22,529 nucleotides of DNA. Origin: a candidate division WOR-3 bacterium. GTDB taxonomy: Bacteria; Hydrothermota; Tepidihabitantia; Tepidihabitantales; DTDR01. The position numbers and the translations under genes are program-made. Positions 8,504 through 16,907 of the stretch are shown here, piece by piece; position 1 is the stretch's first letter, and the number at the start of each line of letters is the position of its first letter. The notes beneath the pieces were generated by a model. That model did no database searches. It was given only the letters and a program-made list of their open reading frames with translations, and was not told where the DNA came from. The stretch covers positions 1-22,529 of the forward strand of contig JBDRVN010000025.1 of the NCBI GenBank assembly GCA_039801885.1, in the 5' to 3' direction.

Positions 8504-9752
8504 TTTTTTCTAAGTTATTCAGGTAAGGTCTTAAAACTTCTGGTATTAAAATACTACCATCTTTTTGTTGATAATTTTCTACAATGGCAATGAAAAGTCT
8601 GGGAAAGGCTAAGCCACTGCCATTTAAGATATGACAATATTCTAAATCACCATTTTTTCTTCTTACCCGGGTATTATTTCTCTTTGCCTGAAAATCTTCA
8701 CAATTGGAAATAGACGATACTTCCAACCATTCACCAACACCACAAGCATAAACATCAATATCATAGGTTTTTGCTGATTGAAATGCCATATCTTTTGCTG
8801 ATAGTTGTTTTACTCGATAAGGTAGTTGCAAGAGTTTTAAAATTGCACAAACTTCTTCCACCATTTTTTCTAATTCAAAATAGGAATCTTCGGGTAAAGT
8901 ATATTTTACCAATTCTACTTTATCAAACTGGTGAACGCGAATAATTCCCCTTACCTCTTTTCCATAAGAACCGGCTTCTCTTCTAAAACAGGCAGTATAA
9001 GCCATATAATATTTTGGTAATTCATCCTCTTTTAAAATCTCATTTGTATGAAGATTTACTAACGGCACTTCGGCAGTAGGAATAAGATATAATTCATCAG
9101 CAGGAATATAATACATTTCATCTTTCAATTTTGGTAATTGACCAGCGCCATAGAAACATTCTCCTTTATTTAAATAAGGCGGTGAGATTTCAACATAATT
9201 ATGATATTTTCGGTGATAATCTAAACAGAAGTTAATTAATGCCCTTTCTAATAAGGCACCAATTCCTTTAAATAAAATAAATCTTGAACCTGCCAATTTT
9301 GCCGATTTTTCTAAATCTAATAATCCTAATGCTTCGCCAATTTCCCAATGGGGAAAAGGTTTAAAATCAAAGTTAGGAATTTCTCCTTCTTCTTTTATAA
9401 TTATCTCTTCATCTTTTACTGATGGATGGATTTTGTTAGGTAAATAGAGAAGTAAATTTTTTATCTCTTTCTCTATTAAAGATAATTCCTCTTCGACCTC
9501 TTTCACTTTTTTGCTTAACTCTTTTGCCTCTTCTCTTTTTTTATTTAATTCTTGTTCATTTAATTTATCTTTATGTTTATTAAAAAATTGAGAAAGCTCC
9601 TTTCTTTTGCGTCTTAATTCATCTCTTTCTTTAATTAACTCCCTTCTTTTCTCATCCAACGCTAAAATCTTTTCAATATCAATATTTTCTCCCCTTCTTT
9701 TAACTATCTCTTTTGCCTTTTCTTTATTTTCTCTTAAAAATTTTAAATCCAT
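8490..9752 (-). CDS. serS: Serine--tRNA ligase
   Basis: N-terminal coiled-coil arm; LIPTAEVPL, CFRREAGSYG, RGIIRVHQFDKVE, KTYDIDV, EVSSISNCEDFQA, HILNGSGLAFPR, ENYQQKDGSILIPEVLRPY. Confidence 0.98.
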   Translation of the reverse strand: MDLKFLRENKEKAKEIVKRRGENIDIEKILALDEKRRELIKERDELRRKRKELSQFFNKHKDKLNEQELNKKREEAKELSKKVKEVEEELSLIEKEIKNLLLYLPNKIHPSVKDEEIIIKEEGEIPNFDFKPFPHWEIGEALGLLDLEKSAKLAGSRFILFKGIGALLERALINFCLDYHRKYHNYVEISPPYLNKGECFYGAGQLPKLKDEMYYIPADELYLIPTAEVPLVNLHTNEILKEDELPKYYMAYTACFRREAGSYGKEVRGIIRVHQFDKVELVKYTLPEDSYFELEKMVEEVCAILKLLQLPYRVKQLSAKDMAFQSAKTYDIDVYACGVGEWLEVSSISNCEDFQAKRNNTRVRRKNGDLEYCHILNGSGLAFPRLFIAIVENYQQKDGSILIPEVLRPYLNNLEKIGNR

Positions 9753-9775
9753 ATTTTAAATAATAAGATAAAGTT

Positions 9776-10303
9776 TCAAAAAATCAAATTAAAATATTTC
9801 TTATTTTTATAGATAAATTCACTAATAGAAATTCCAATAATCATTCCAGCAACCACATCCGTAAAATAATGTTTTTTCAAATATATTCTGGAAAATCCAA
9901 GGATAAAACCAAAAGAATAAAGATAGATAGAATATCTCGGATATTCTTTAGCAAAAATATGAGCAACAGAAAAGTAGTTTGTCATATGACCAGAGGGAAA
10001 AGATGAATTGAAGCGGGTAGTAAGTTCCTTATTTGGTCTTTCCCGATTAACTATCCCTTTAATTCCCCAAGTTAAAAAACTACTACCGCTAAGAGCAACT
10101 ACTGCTAATTTTACCGCTTTTTCTTCTTTTTCCCTACCTAAAAGGGAAAGAGTATAAAAAACAGTTGTATAGATTGGAAAAGATGTTAAATCTTCTAATG
10201 GTTTCATAATCGCATCTAAACTTTTTGAAGATAATTTATCCATTTGTTCAGTTATTGTGTTATCCAGATTTAAATTTAAAATAAAAATAATAATAATAAC
10301 CAT
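9776..10303 (-). CDS. PAP2 family membrane phosphatase
   Basis: All three PAP2 motifs: KGIVNRERP, SFPSGH, SRIYLKKHYFTDV. Confidence 0.92.
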   Translation of the reverse strand: MVIIIIFILNLNLDNTITEQMDKLSSKSLDAIMKPLEDLTSFPIYTTVFYTLSLLGREKEEKAVKLAVVALSGSSFLTWGIKGIVNRERPNKELTTRFNSSFPSGHMTNYFSVAHIFAKEYPRYSIYLYSFGFILGFSRIYLKKHYFTDVVAGMIIGISISEFIYKNKKYFNLIF

Positions 10304-10305
10304 TT

Positions 10306-11163
10306 TTAAAATAAGACCCTTATCGGAATTTCATAATCTTTACTAATTTCTAAAATTTTTTCTCTTAAATTATTTATATATCCTTGATAATCTTTACTAA
10401 TCATTAAATAATAACTTACTGCCTTTTTATCAAAAGAGATATTTTTTAAGATAATTTTCAATTTCTGAGAGAAATAATTTAGCGAGTCGCATAATATTTC
10501 TTTTACCCCAACTTCCTTGCCAAAATTAAAAATTTTTCTTATTTCTTCTTCTTTGTCAGAAAAATAGGGGAGGATAGGACCAAAAAATAAAGTAGTATAA
10601 ATATTATTTTTTATTAATGCATCGATTGTTCTCATTCTTTCTTTTAACAAGCTTGTTTTTGGTTCAAAAATCCTTCTCACTTTTTCGTTTAAACTTGTTA
10701 AAGTTATCTCGCAAGAAGCCTTGGGATAATCTTTTAAGATTACTAAATCCCTTAAAATCAAATGGGATTTGGTTAAGATTTCAAATTCTATATCGTATTC
10801 TTTTAGTATTTCAATTGCCTTTCTTGTTAGAGAATATTTCAGCTCAATTGGTTGATAAGGGTCACAAATTGTGCCGATACATACTATCCCCCTTTTTTTC
10901 TTTATTTCTCTTTTTAGTTGTTCACAAATATTTATCTTTACCTCAATAATCTTTCCCCATTCCTCTTTATGTTCTCGCCATTTTCTAATAAAAGTAGCAT
11001 AACAATAGATACAAGAATGTTCGCAACCAATATAAGGATTTAAAGAAAAACTCATTCCAGAAATTCCGGATTTAGTTAGCGCACTTTTACAAATTATCTC
11101 TTTTATTCTTATTCCCTTTTTATTAATATAATCTTTAAGTTTCAATTCCTTTATTAAGAACAT
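10306..11163 (-). CDS. Radical SAM protein, spore photoproduct lyase-like family
   Basis: LNPYIGCEHSCIYCYA (CxxxCxxC), DPYQPIE, ILTKS, FEP, GPILP; overlaps the ribE 3' end by 29 nt, so the start is somewhat uncertain. Confidence 0.88.
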   Translation of the reverse strand: MFLIKELKLKDYINKKGIRIKEIICKSALTKSGISGMSFSLNPYIGCEHSCIYCYATFIRKWREHKEEWGKIIEVKINICEQLKREIKKKRGIVCIGTICDPYQPIELKYSLTRKAIEILKEYDIEFEILTKSHLILRDLVILKDYPKASCEITLTSLNEKVRRIFEPKTSLLKERMRTIDALIKNNIYTTLFFGPILPYFSDKEEEIRKIFNFGKEVGVKEILCDSLNYFSQKLKIILKNISFDKKAVSYYLMISKDYQGYINNLREKILEISKDYEIPIRVLF

Positions 11164-11722
11164 ATTTTCCTAAATAGTCGTACTCAATATTAACTTCATC
11201 GTTAACTTTTTTATATTTCAAATTAGTATTTTCATAAGTAAAGGGAATGAGATAGATTAGAAAACTATCGGAAAAGATATCTTGGATTGTGAGACTAATT
11301 CCATCCACCGCAATCGAGCCTTTTTTTACCAAATAAATCTTACTCTCTTTTTTTATCTTTATTTCTAAAGGATAATAATCTGCTTTTTTATTTAATTTTA
11401 TAATCTTGCCAACCTCATCAATATGACCTAAAATAATGTGGCCATCAATTTTATCCGATATTTTCATCGGTAACTCTAAATTACAATAAGAGCCAATTTT
11501 CAGATTTTTCAAGGTAGTATTTTTTAAGGTCTCTTTAATTATTTCGCAACTAAATTTTTCATTATCTTTTTTGATTACTGTTAAGCAGACGCCATCAACC
11601 GCAATGGAAGAACCAATATCCAATTCTTTTGTAAGCTTGGATTTGATAATAACTATTTTGTTCTCACCTTTATTAATAATAGAAGATACTTTACCCACAT
11701 CGCCAATAATTCCTTTAAACAT
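11135..11722 (-). CDS. ribE: Riboflavin synthase (alpha chain)
   Basis: MFKGII N-terminus; two lumazine-binding repeats GSSIAVDGVCLTV and KGSIAVDGISLTI; NLE, GHIILGHID, VNIEYDYLGKY. Confidence 0.96.
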   Translation of the reverse strand: MFKGIIGDVGKVSSIINKGENKIVIIKSKLTKELDIGSSIAVDGVCLTVIKKDNEKFSCEIIKETLKNTTLKNLKIGSYCNLELPMKISDKIDGHIILGHIDEVGKIIKLNKKADYYPLEIKIKKESKIYLVKKGSIAVDGISLTIQDIFSDSFLIYLIPFTYENTNLKYKKVNDEVNIEYDYLGKYVLNKGIET

Positions 11723-11751
11723 AAACTATTTTACTTTAAAAATAGGTTTTT

Positions 11752-12834
11752 TCAAAGATAACTTTCCAAAATAAAACCCTCTTTAAATTGATAAATTTTG
11801 AAATCTTTTAATTGGATAAGATTCTTTAAATTATAAGAAAGGCCATCAGAAAAAGATATTCCTTTGCCCATTATTTTTGGTGCATAAAAAAGGTAAATTT
11901 TATCAACGATTTTTGCCTTTAAGGCACTGCTGATTGTTTTGGCGCCACCTTCAATTAATAAAGAGGCAATATTTCTTTTGTAAAGTTCCTTTAATATTTC
12001 ATTCCAATCAAAAAAGTTATCTTTTAAATCTAATCTAATTAATTCCACTCCCATATTTTTTAAGATCTTTATTTTTTCTTTATCTTCTTTGTGATAAAAA
12101 ATAATTACATTATTCTCTTTGAAAACATTTGCCTTTTCATCAATTTTTAAATTTGGGTCAAGAATGATTTTTATCATCTTTTTATCTTTTAAAGTCCGAC
12201 AAGTTAAATGAGGATTATCTTTGATTATGGTATTAATACCACAAAGAATAGCATCACAATAACACCTTAACTTATTTCCTTCTTTTCTTAATCTCTCATC
12301 GGTTATCCATTTTGATTCATAATTTAAAGTGGCAATTTTCCCATCCAAAGTTGTTGCCGCTTTTACGATAACAAAAGGTTTCTTTTCTTTTATATATTTA
12401 AAATATACTTCGTTCTGCTTTCTTATCTCTTTTTCTAAAAAACCAACTTTTACTTTAATTCCATTTTTCCTTAATATGGCAACTCCTTTTTTATAAACAA
12501 GGGGATTGGGATCGTAAATTCCCACATAAATTTGCTTAATTTTATTTTTAATTATAATATCGGTACAAGGAGGTGTTTTCCCGTAATGACAACAAGGTTC
12601 CAAGGTGACAAAAAGAGTGACATTTTTTAAGAGTTCTTTGTTTTTCACTTTTTTTATTGCAGTTATTTCCGCATGGTCGCTACCATATTTTTTATGGTAA
12701 CCAGTGGCAATAATTTTTTTATCCTTTACAATTACACACCCCACTAAAGGATTAGATAAAGTATAACCCCTTCCTTTTTCTGCCAATTTTATTGCCAAAC
12801 GAAAATAATTTTCTATCTCTTCTTTTTTAAACAT
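11752..12834 (-). CDS. ribD: Bifunctional pyrimidine deaminase/reductase of riboflavin synthesis
   Basis: NPLVGCVIVK, HAE, TLEPCCHYGKTPPC, DPNP; reductase motifs TLDGKIA, SKWIT, DNPHLTCR, LIEGG. Confidence 0.97.
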   Translation of the reverse strand: MFKKEEIENYFRLAIKLAEKGRGYTLSNPLVGCVIVKDKKIIATGYHKKYGSDHAEITAIKKVKNKELLKNVTLFVTLEPCCHYGKTPPCTDIIIKNKIKQIYVGIYDPNPLVYKKGVAILRKNGIKVKVGFLEKEIRKQNEVYFKYIKEKKPFVIVKAATTLDGKIATLNYESKWITDERLRKEGNKLRCYCDAILCGINTIIKDNPHLTCRTLKDKKMIKIILDPNLKIDEKANVFKENNVIIFYHKEDKEKIKILKNMGVELIRLDLKDNFFDWNEILKELYKRNIASLLIEGGAKTISSALKAKIVDKIYLFYAPKIMGKGISFSDGLSYNLKNLIQLKDFKIYQFKEGFILESYL

Positions 12835-12857
12835 CTAATTTTAAATGGGATTTAAAA

Positions 12858-14936
12858 TTATTCTTTTTTATTCTCTTTTTTTGATTCTTCAATAATTTTT
12901 AGTGCCAATTCTCTTGGAACTTCTTCATAATGGGAAAATTTCATTGTGAAATATCCCCTTCCTTGGGTTATTGAGCGGAGGGTGGAAGAGTATTTATAAA
13001 GTTCGGCATAGGGAACCAGTGCCTTAATTTTTTGCATCTTTCCTTCGGCTTCAATTCCCAATATTCTTCCTCTTCGGGCATTAAGGTCGCCGATCACTTC
13101 ACCCATTGACGCTTCCGGACAGACAACTTCTATATTATAAATTGGTTCTAATAAATAGGGATCACCCTGTTTTTGGGCTTCTTTAAAAGCGAGGGAACCA
13201 GCAATTTCAAATGCTAAGTTAGAGGAGTCCACTGGATGATATTTACCATCATATAAAGTAACTTTTACATCCACTACTTTGTAACCTGCCAAGATACCAC
13301 TTTCTAATGCTTTTTTTATTCCTGTTTCTACCGCGGGAATATAAGAAGCTGGAATAGCGCCACCAAAGATTTGATTAACAAATTCGTAACCTTTGCCCCT
13401 TTCCAAGGGCTCTATTTTTATATAACAAATTCCATATTGACCACGACCACCGGATTGTTTCACATACCTCCCCATCGCACTTGCTTGTTTCCTAATTGTT
13501 TCCCGATAAGGAACTTTTGGCTTCTCTAAATCAATATTCACATTAAATCTTCTTTTTAGCCGACTAATAATTACATCCAAATGTAGTTCGCCCAAACCAT
13601 TAATCAGCTGTTGTTTCAATTCATAATCATAATGGAAAGTAAAAGTTGGGTCTTCGTCCGATAAACGATGGAGACCGTTGGAAATTCTTTCTTCGTCACC
13701 TTTTGTTTTTGGCACCACAGCTACAGAAATGGAAGGTGGTGGAAATTCAATGGGTGGAATTTTTATTTGGTTATTAGAAGATGTTAAAGTATGATTTGTT
13801 TTTGTCTCCTTTAATTTTACTAAGGCACCAATTTCGCCTGCCTGTAATTTATTAGTTTCCTGCCGTTCCTTCCCTTTGAGATAATAAATCTGGTTAATCT
13901 TTTCTTCTCTGAGAGTAAAGGTATTTAATAAATTCATTCCGGATTCAATAACTCCGGAATATACCCGAACAATATTCAAATCACCAATATGAGGGTCGGA
14001 TAAGGTTTTAAAAACAAAGGCTAAAGGTTCCTTTTCATTTATTTCCAGCTCTTTTTCTTCATTTTTGTTAATATCAATAATCTTGATTTTTGGGTTATCA
14101 ATTGGGGAAGGTAGATAATTAATGGCAAAATCTAAAATTAAATTAATACCAATATTATTTAAAGCATCACCTAATAAAACTGGTGAAAGTTCACAATTTA
14201 AAATTCCTTTTTTGATGGTATTTTTTAGTCTTTCCTTACTTATCTCTTTTCCCTCCAGATAATCGTTCATTATCTCTTCTTCCACATCGGCACAGGCTTC
14301 GATAATCTTTTCATAATACTCATTCTTTGTCTTATTTATTTCGTCGGGAATATCATCAGAAATCTTTATTTCTCCGTTTTTATATAAATATATTTTATTT
14401 TCTAACAAATCATAAATACCAGAAAAATTTAACTCTTTGCCAATTGGCAAAAATAAAGTAAAAATTTTAGAATGGAAACTTTTTTTCAATTCGTCCAAAC
14501 TTTTATAAAAATCGGTATGTTCTTTTTTTAATTTATTAATAAAGAAAATTATTGGCTTTTTATTATCGGAAAGGATTTTATAAGCCATTTCTGTACCTAC
14601 TTCAACACCTGAACTGCTATCAATAACAATGATGCCATTATCGATTGCTTTTACGCTGGCGTAAACTTCGCCAATAAAATCTAAATAACCGGGAGTATCA
14701 ATAATATTAAAAAAATGTTCTTTATATAAACCATAACCTAATGCCAAATTGATACTAATTTTTCTTTCAATCTCTTCTTCATCGTAATCAAAAAGCGAAG
14801 TTTCTTCGTCGACTTTGCCAATTCTTGTGTTCTGCTTTAACAAATACATAATCACATCACAAAGGGTAGTTTTACCACAACTGCCGTGACCAAAAAAACC
14901 AAGATTCCTAATTTTCTTTATATCATACTGCCACAT
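12858..14936 (-). CDS. fusA: Elongation factor G paralogue (EF-G2 type)
   Basis: 692 aa with the five-domain EF-G layout: GHGSCGKT, ERKISI, DTPGY, GLGELHLD, PKVPYRETI, KQSGGRGQYG, YHPVDSS, LLEPI, LRSITQGRG. Divergent G motifs and no rpsL/rpsG/tuf neighbours. GTG start with GGAGGA RBS at 14941-14946. Confidence 0.93.
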   Translation of the reverse strand: MWQYDIKKIRNLGFFGHGSCGKTTLCDVIMYLLKQNTRIGKVDEETSLFDYDEEEIERKISINLALGYGLYKEHFFNIIDTPGYLDFIGEVYASVKAIDNGIIVIDSSSGVEVGTEMAYKILSDNKKPIIFFINKLKKEHTDFYKSLDELKKSFHSKIFTLFLPIGKELNFSGIYDLLENKIYLYKNGEIKISDDIPDEINKTKNEYYEKIIEACADVEEEIMNDYLEGKEISKERLKNTIKKGILNCELSPVLLGDALNNIGINLILDFAINYLPSPIDNPKIKIIDINKNEEKELEINEKEPLAFVFKTLSDPHIGDLNIVRVYSGVIESGMNLLNTFTLREEKINQIYYLKGKERQETNKLQAGEIGALVKLKETKTNHTLTSSNNQIKIPPIEFPPPSISVAVVPKTKGDEERISNGLHRLSDEDPTFTFHYDYELKQQLINGLGELHLDVIISRLKRRFNVNIDLEKPKVPYRETIRKQASAMGRYVKQSGGRGQYGICYIKIEPLERGKGYEFVNQIFGGAIPASYIPAVETGIKKALESGILAGYKVVDVKVTLYDGKYHPVDSSNLAFEIAGSLAFKEAQKQGDPYLLEPIYNIEVVCPEASMGEVIGDLNARRGRILGIEAEGKMQKIKALVPYAELYKYSSTLRSITQGRGYFTMKFSHYEEVPRELALKIIEESKKENKKE

Positions 14937-14964
14937 CTTTTCCTCCGAATTTAATTTAGATATA

Positions 14965-14993
14965 ATAATAACAAAAAATTATTTTTCCGTCAA
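14965..14993 (-). promoter_or_regulatory. sigma70-type promoter for the fusA-ribD-ribE-radical SAM-PAP2-serS-aldolase operon
   Basis: Minus strand TTGACG (14993-14988), 17-nt spacer, TATTAT (14970-14965), upstream of the GGAGGA RBS. Confidence 0.65.
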
Positions 14994-15038
14994 GAATTAA
15001 TAATTTTAACAATTATAATAATAAATCTATTTTTAATA

Positions 15039-15067
15039 TTGACTTTTAAAAAATTTCATCATATACT
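15039..15067 (+). promoter_or_regulatory. sigma70-type promoter for the secreted-protein array
   Basis: TTGACT (15039-15044), 17-nt spacer, TATACT (15062-15067); RBS AAGGGAGGG at 15082-15090 before ATG 15094. Confidence 0.7.
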
Positions 15068-15093
15068 TATTCAAATTTTAAAAGGGAGGGCGG

Positions 15094-15639
15094 ATGAGAA
15101 TTTTTATCTTCTTTTTATTAATTTCTTTTACCTTATTTTCTGTTCCCTTGGATCCCAATCCTTCTTGGTATTATCTTTGTGCTTTCCCACGAGATACTGC
15201 TTTTGGCGATATTGACAACAATGGTTTAGTATTAAAAAGCGATACTTTTATTGGCAATGGTGTAAGAAAACTATTTTATTTTAGAGAAAGACCAGTTCAA
15301 AGATTATTAGAAATTAAAGTGAATAATACGCCCATATCAGTAAGCAATTATGTAATTGATTTATATAATGGTTGGTTTACTTTAAAAGAAAAGCCTTCTC
15401 AATCTTCGCAAATTATTGTTACTTATTATTATTCTTTAGATTTAAACTTGGCATTTAGTGGTTGTTATCTCTTTTTAAATCGTCGGGCATCAGAGATTAA
15501 AGAAAAAGAAGTTAATAAAAAAGAGGTTACTAATAAGAATTATGAAATCTATAATATTTTAGGAATAAAAGTAAAAGCAACTAAATTAAAAAAGGAATTT
15601 ATTTTTTTAAGAAAGGCGACGAACAAAAGAAGGTTTTAA
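15094..15639 (+). CDS. Small exported protein with a split FG-GAP-like motif and a frameshifted T9SS-like tail (possible pseudogene; the -1 frame continues to TAA 15645-15647)
   Basis: Signal peptide MRIFIFFLLISFTLFS; AFGDIDNNG...LDLNLAF; tail IYNILG...KLKK, after which the -1 frame reads GIYFFKKGDEQKKVLIK*. Confidence 0.7.
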   Translation: MRIFIFFLLISFTLFSVPLDPNPSWYYLCAFPRDTAFGDIDNNGLVLKSDTFIGNGVRKLFYFRERPVQRLLEIKVNNTPISVSNYVIDLYNGWFTLKEKPSQSSQIIVTYYYSLDLNLAFSGCYLFLNRRASEIKEKEVNKKEVTNKNYEIYNILGIKVKATKLKKEFIFLRKATNKRRF

Positions 15640-15664
15640 TAAAATAAATTAAAAAGGAGAAAAA

Positions 15665-16894
15665 ATGAAGAGAAAAATATTATTTTTAGCATGTTTAATT
15701 TGGATAAACATTATTTTTAGTTATTGGGTAAAAGAGCAAATCGGACCTTTTAGTAATTGGGTTTCCGGAGTTGTAATTGCCCAAGGAAGAAACGATGATA
15801 CCAACCGAATTTATGTAGCTACTTGGACAAGACTTTATGAATTAACTTATCGGAATAATCATTGGGATATTTTCGATATGGGAGTAACAAATGGTTGGGG
15901 AGTTGCTGCTGGTGACGGAAGAAATGATGGTATAACAAGAATTTACGCTGCTTTTGTTCTTGTTTCACCGCAGAGAGCAGGAGTATGGGAATATACTTGG
16001 ACAAGGACAGGTTGGCAAAGGGATACGGCAATTAGAATTCCTCCGCTTTCTCCTTCTTCACCAGCGGCTCATGGAGTAGCAATTGGTAAGGCAAGAAATG
16101 ATGGAATAAACCGAATATATTGTGATGATGGAAATAATAGAAGAATTTATGAAGGTTATTGGACAGGTACTCAATGGGTGAGTAGTGCAATTGCTGATAG
16201 TTATGGCGTGGATATAATAATTGCTCCGGCAAGAAGAGATGGGATTAATCGGATTTATTGTGTTGGACAAGGAACTTATATTTACGAATTTACTTGGAAT
16301 GGAACCCAATGGGTTCGCGAACTTGTTGATTCAACAGGTCGTTTTTATTATGGAATTGCTTGTGGTTATGGAAGAAACGACAGTATTCTTAGACTTTATT
16401 CGGCATGGGGTAGTTCTCCTTACGGAGTTTATGAATTTACTTGGAATGGTACCCGATGGATAAAAGAACGTGTAAAAGGTATTAACGCTCTTCCGCGGAC
16501 AGTGATTGTTGGCGATGCCCGAAACGATGGTTTAATGAGGGTATATGTAAGTTGTTATGGTGGAAAAGCAATGGAGTATTTTTATAATGGAAACCAATGG
16601 GATTCTTGTTGGGTGGATAGCGCCGGCAGTGGTAGTTATGTAAGCATTTTTATTGGTAACGGTAGAAACGACGGAATAAATCGTGTTTATTTTGGCTCTT
16701 CTAATAATTACCTTTATGAATATTCTTATATTTCTACCGATATTAAAGAAAAGAGTTCCGATTTTATAATCTCTGAAAAAATAAATAAATATTACAATTC
16801 TCTTGGTCAAGTAATTTCTTATTCTCAATTAAAAAAGGGAGTTTACTTTCTTTATAAAAAAGGAAAATTAAAAAAATTTGTTAAGATAAATTAA
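15665..16894 (+). CDS. Exported 7-repeat beta-propeller-like protein (GRNDG repeats) with short T9SS-like tail
   Basis: Signal peptide; seven [GA]R[NR]D repeats at 15785, 15917, 16091, 16229, 16370, 16517 and 16661; tail YNSLGQ...KKGVYF...KKFVKIN; RBS AAGGAG at 15654-15659. Confidence 0.85.
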   Translation: MKRKILFLACLIWINIIFSYWVKEQIGPFSNWVSGVVIAQGRNDDTNRIYVATWTRLYELTYRNNHWDIFDMGVTNGWGVAAGDGRNDGITRIYAAFVLVSPQRAGVWEYTWTRTGWQRDTAIRIPPLSPSSPAAHGVAIGKARNDGINRIYCDDGNNRRIYEGYWTGTQWVSSAIADSYGVDIIIAPARRDGINRIYCVGQGTYIYEFTWNGTQWVRELVDSTGRFYYGIACGYGRNDSILRLYSAWGSSPYGVYEFTWNGTRWIKERVKGINALPRTVIVGDARNDGLMRVYVSCYGGKAMEYFYNGNQWDSCWVDSAGSGSYVSIFIGNGRNDGINRVYFGSSNNYLYEYSYISTDIKEKSSDFIISEKINKYYNSLGQVISYSQLKKGVYFLYKKGKLKKFVKIN

Positions 16895-16907
16895 AAGGAA
16901 ATGAATT

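Noticed and set aside
10617..11774. Plus-strand ORFs 10617-10949 and 11571-11774
   Set aside because: Antisense to the radical SAM gene and to ribE/ribD; no protein-family features
12835..12857. FMN riboswitch upstream of ribD
   Set aside because: Only 23 nt separate fusA and ribD, and the predicted operon leader at 14937-14960 is too short and AT-rich
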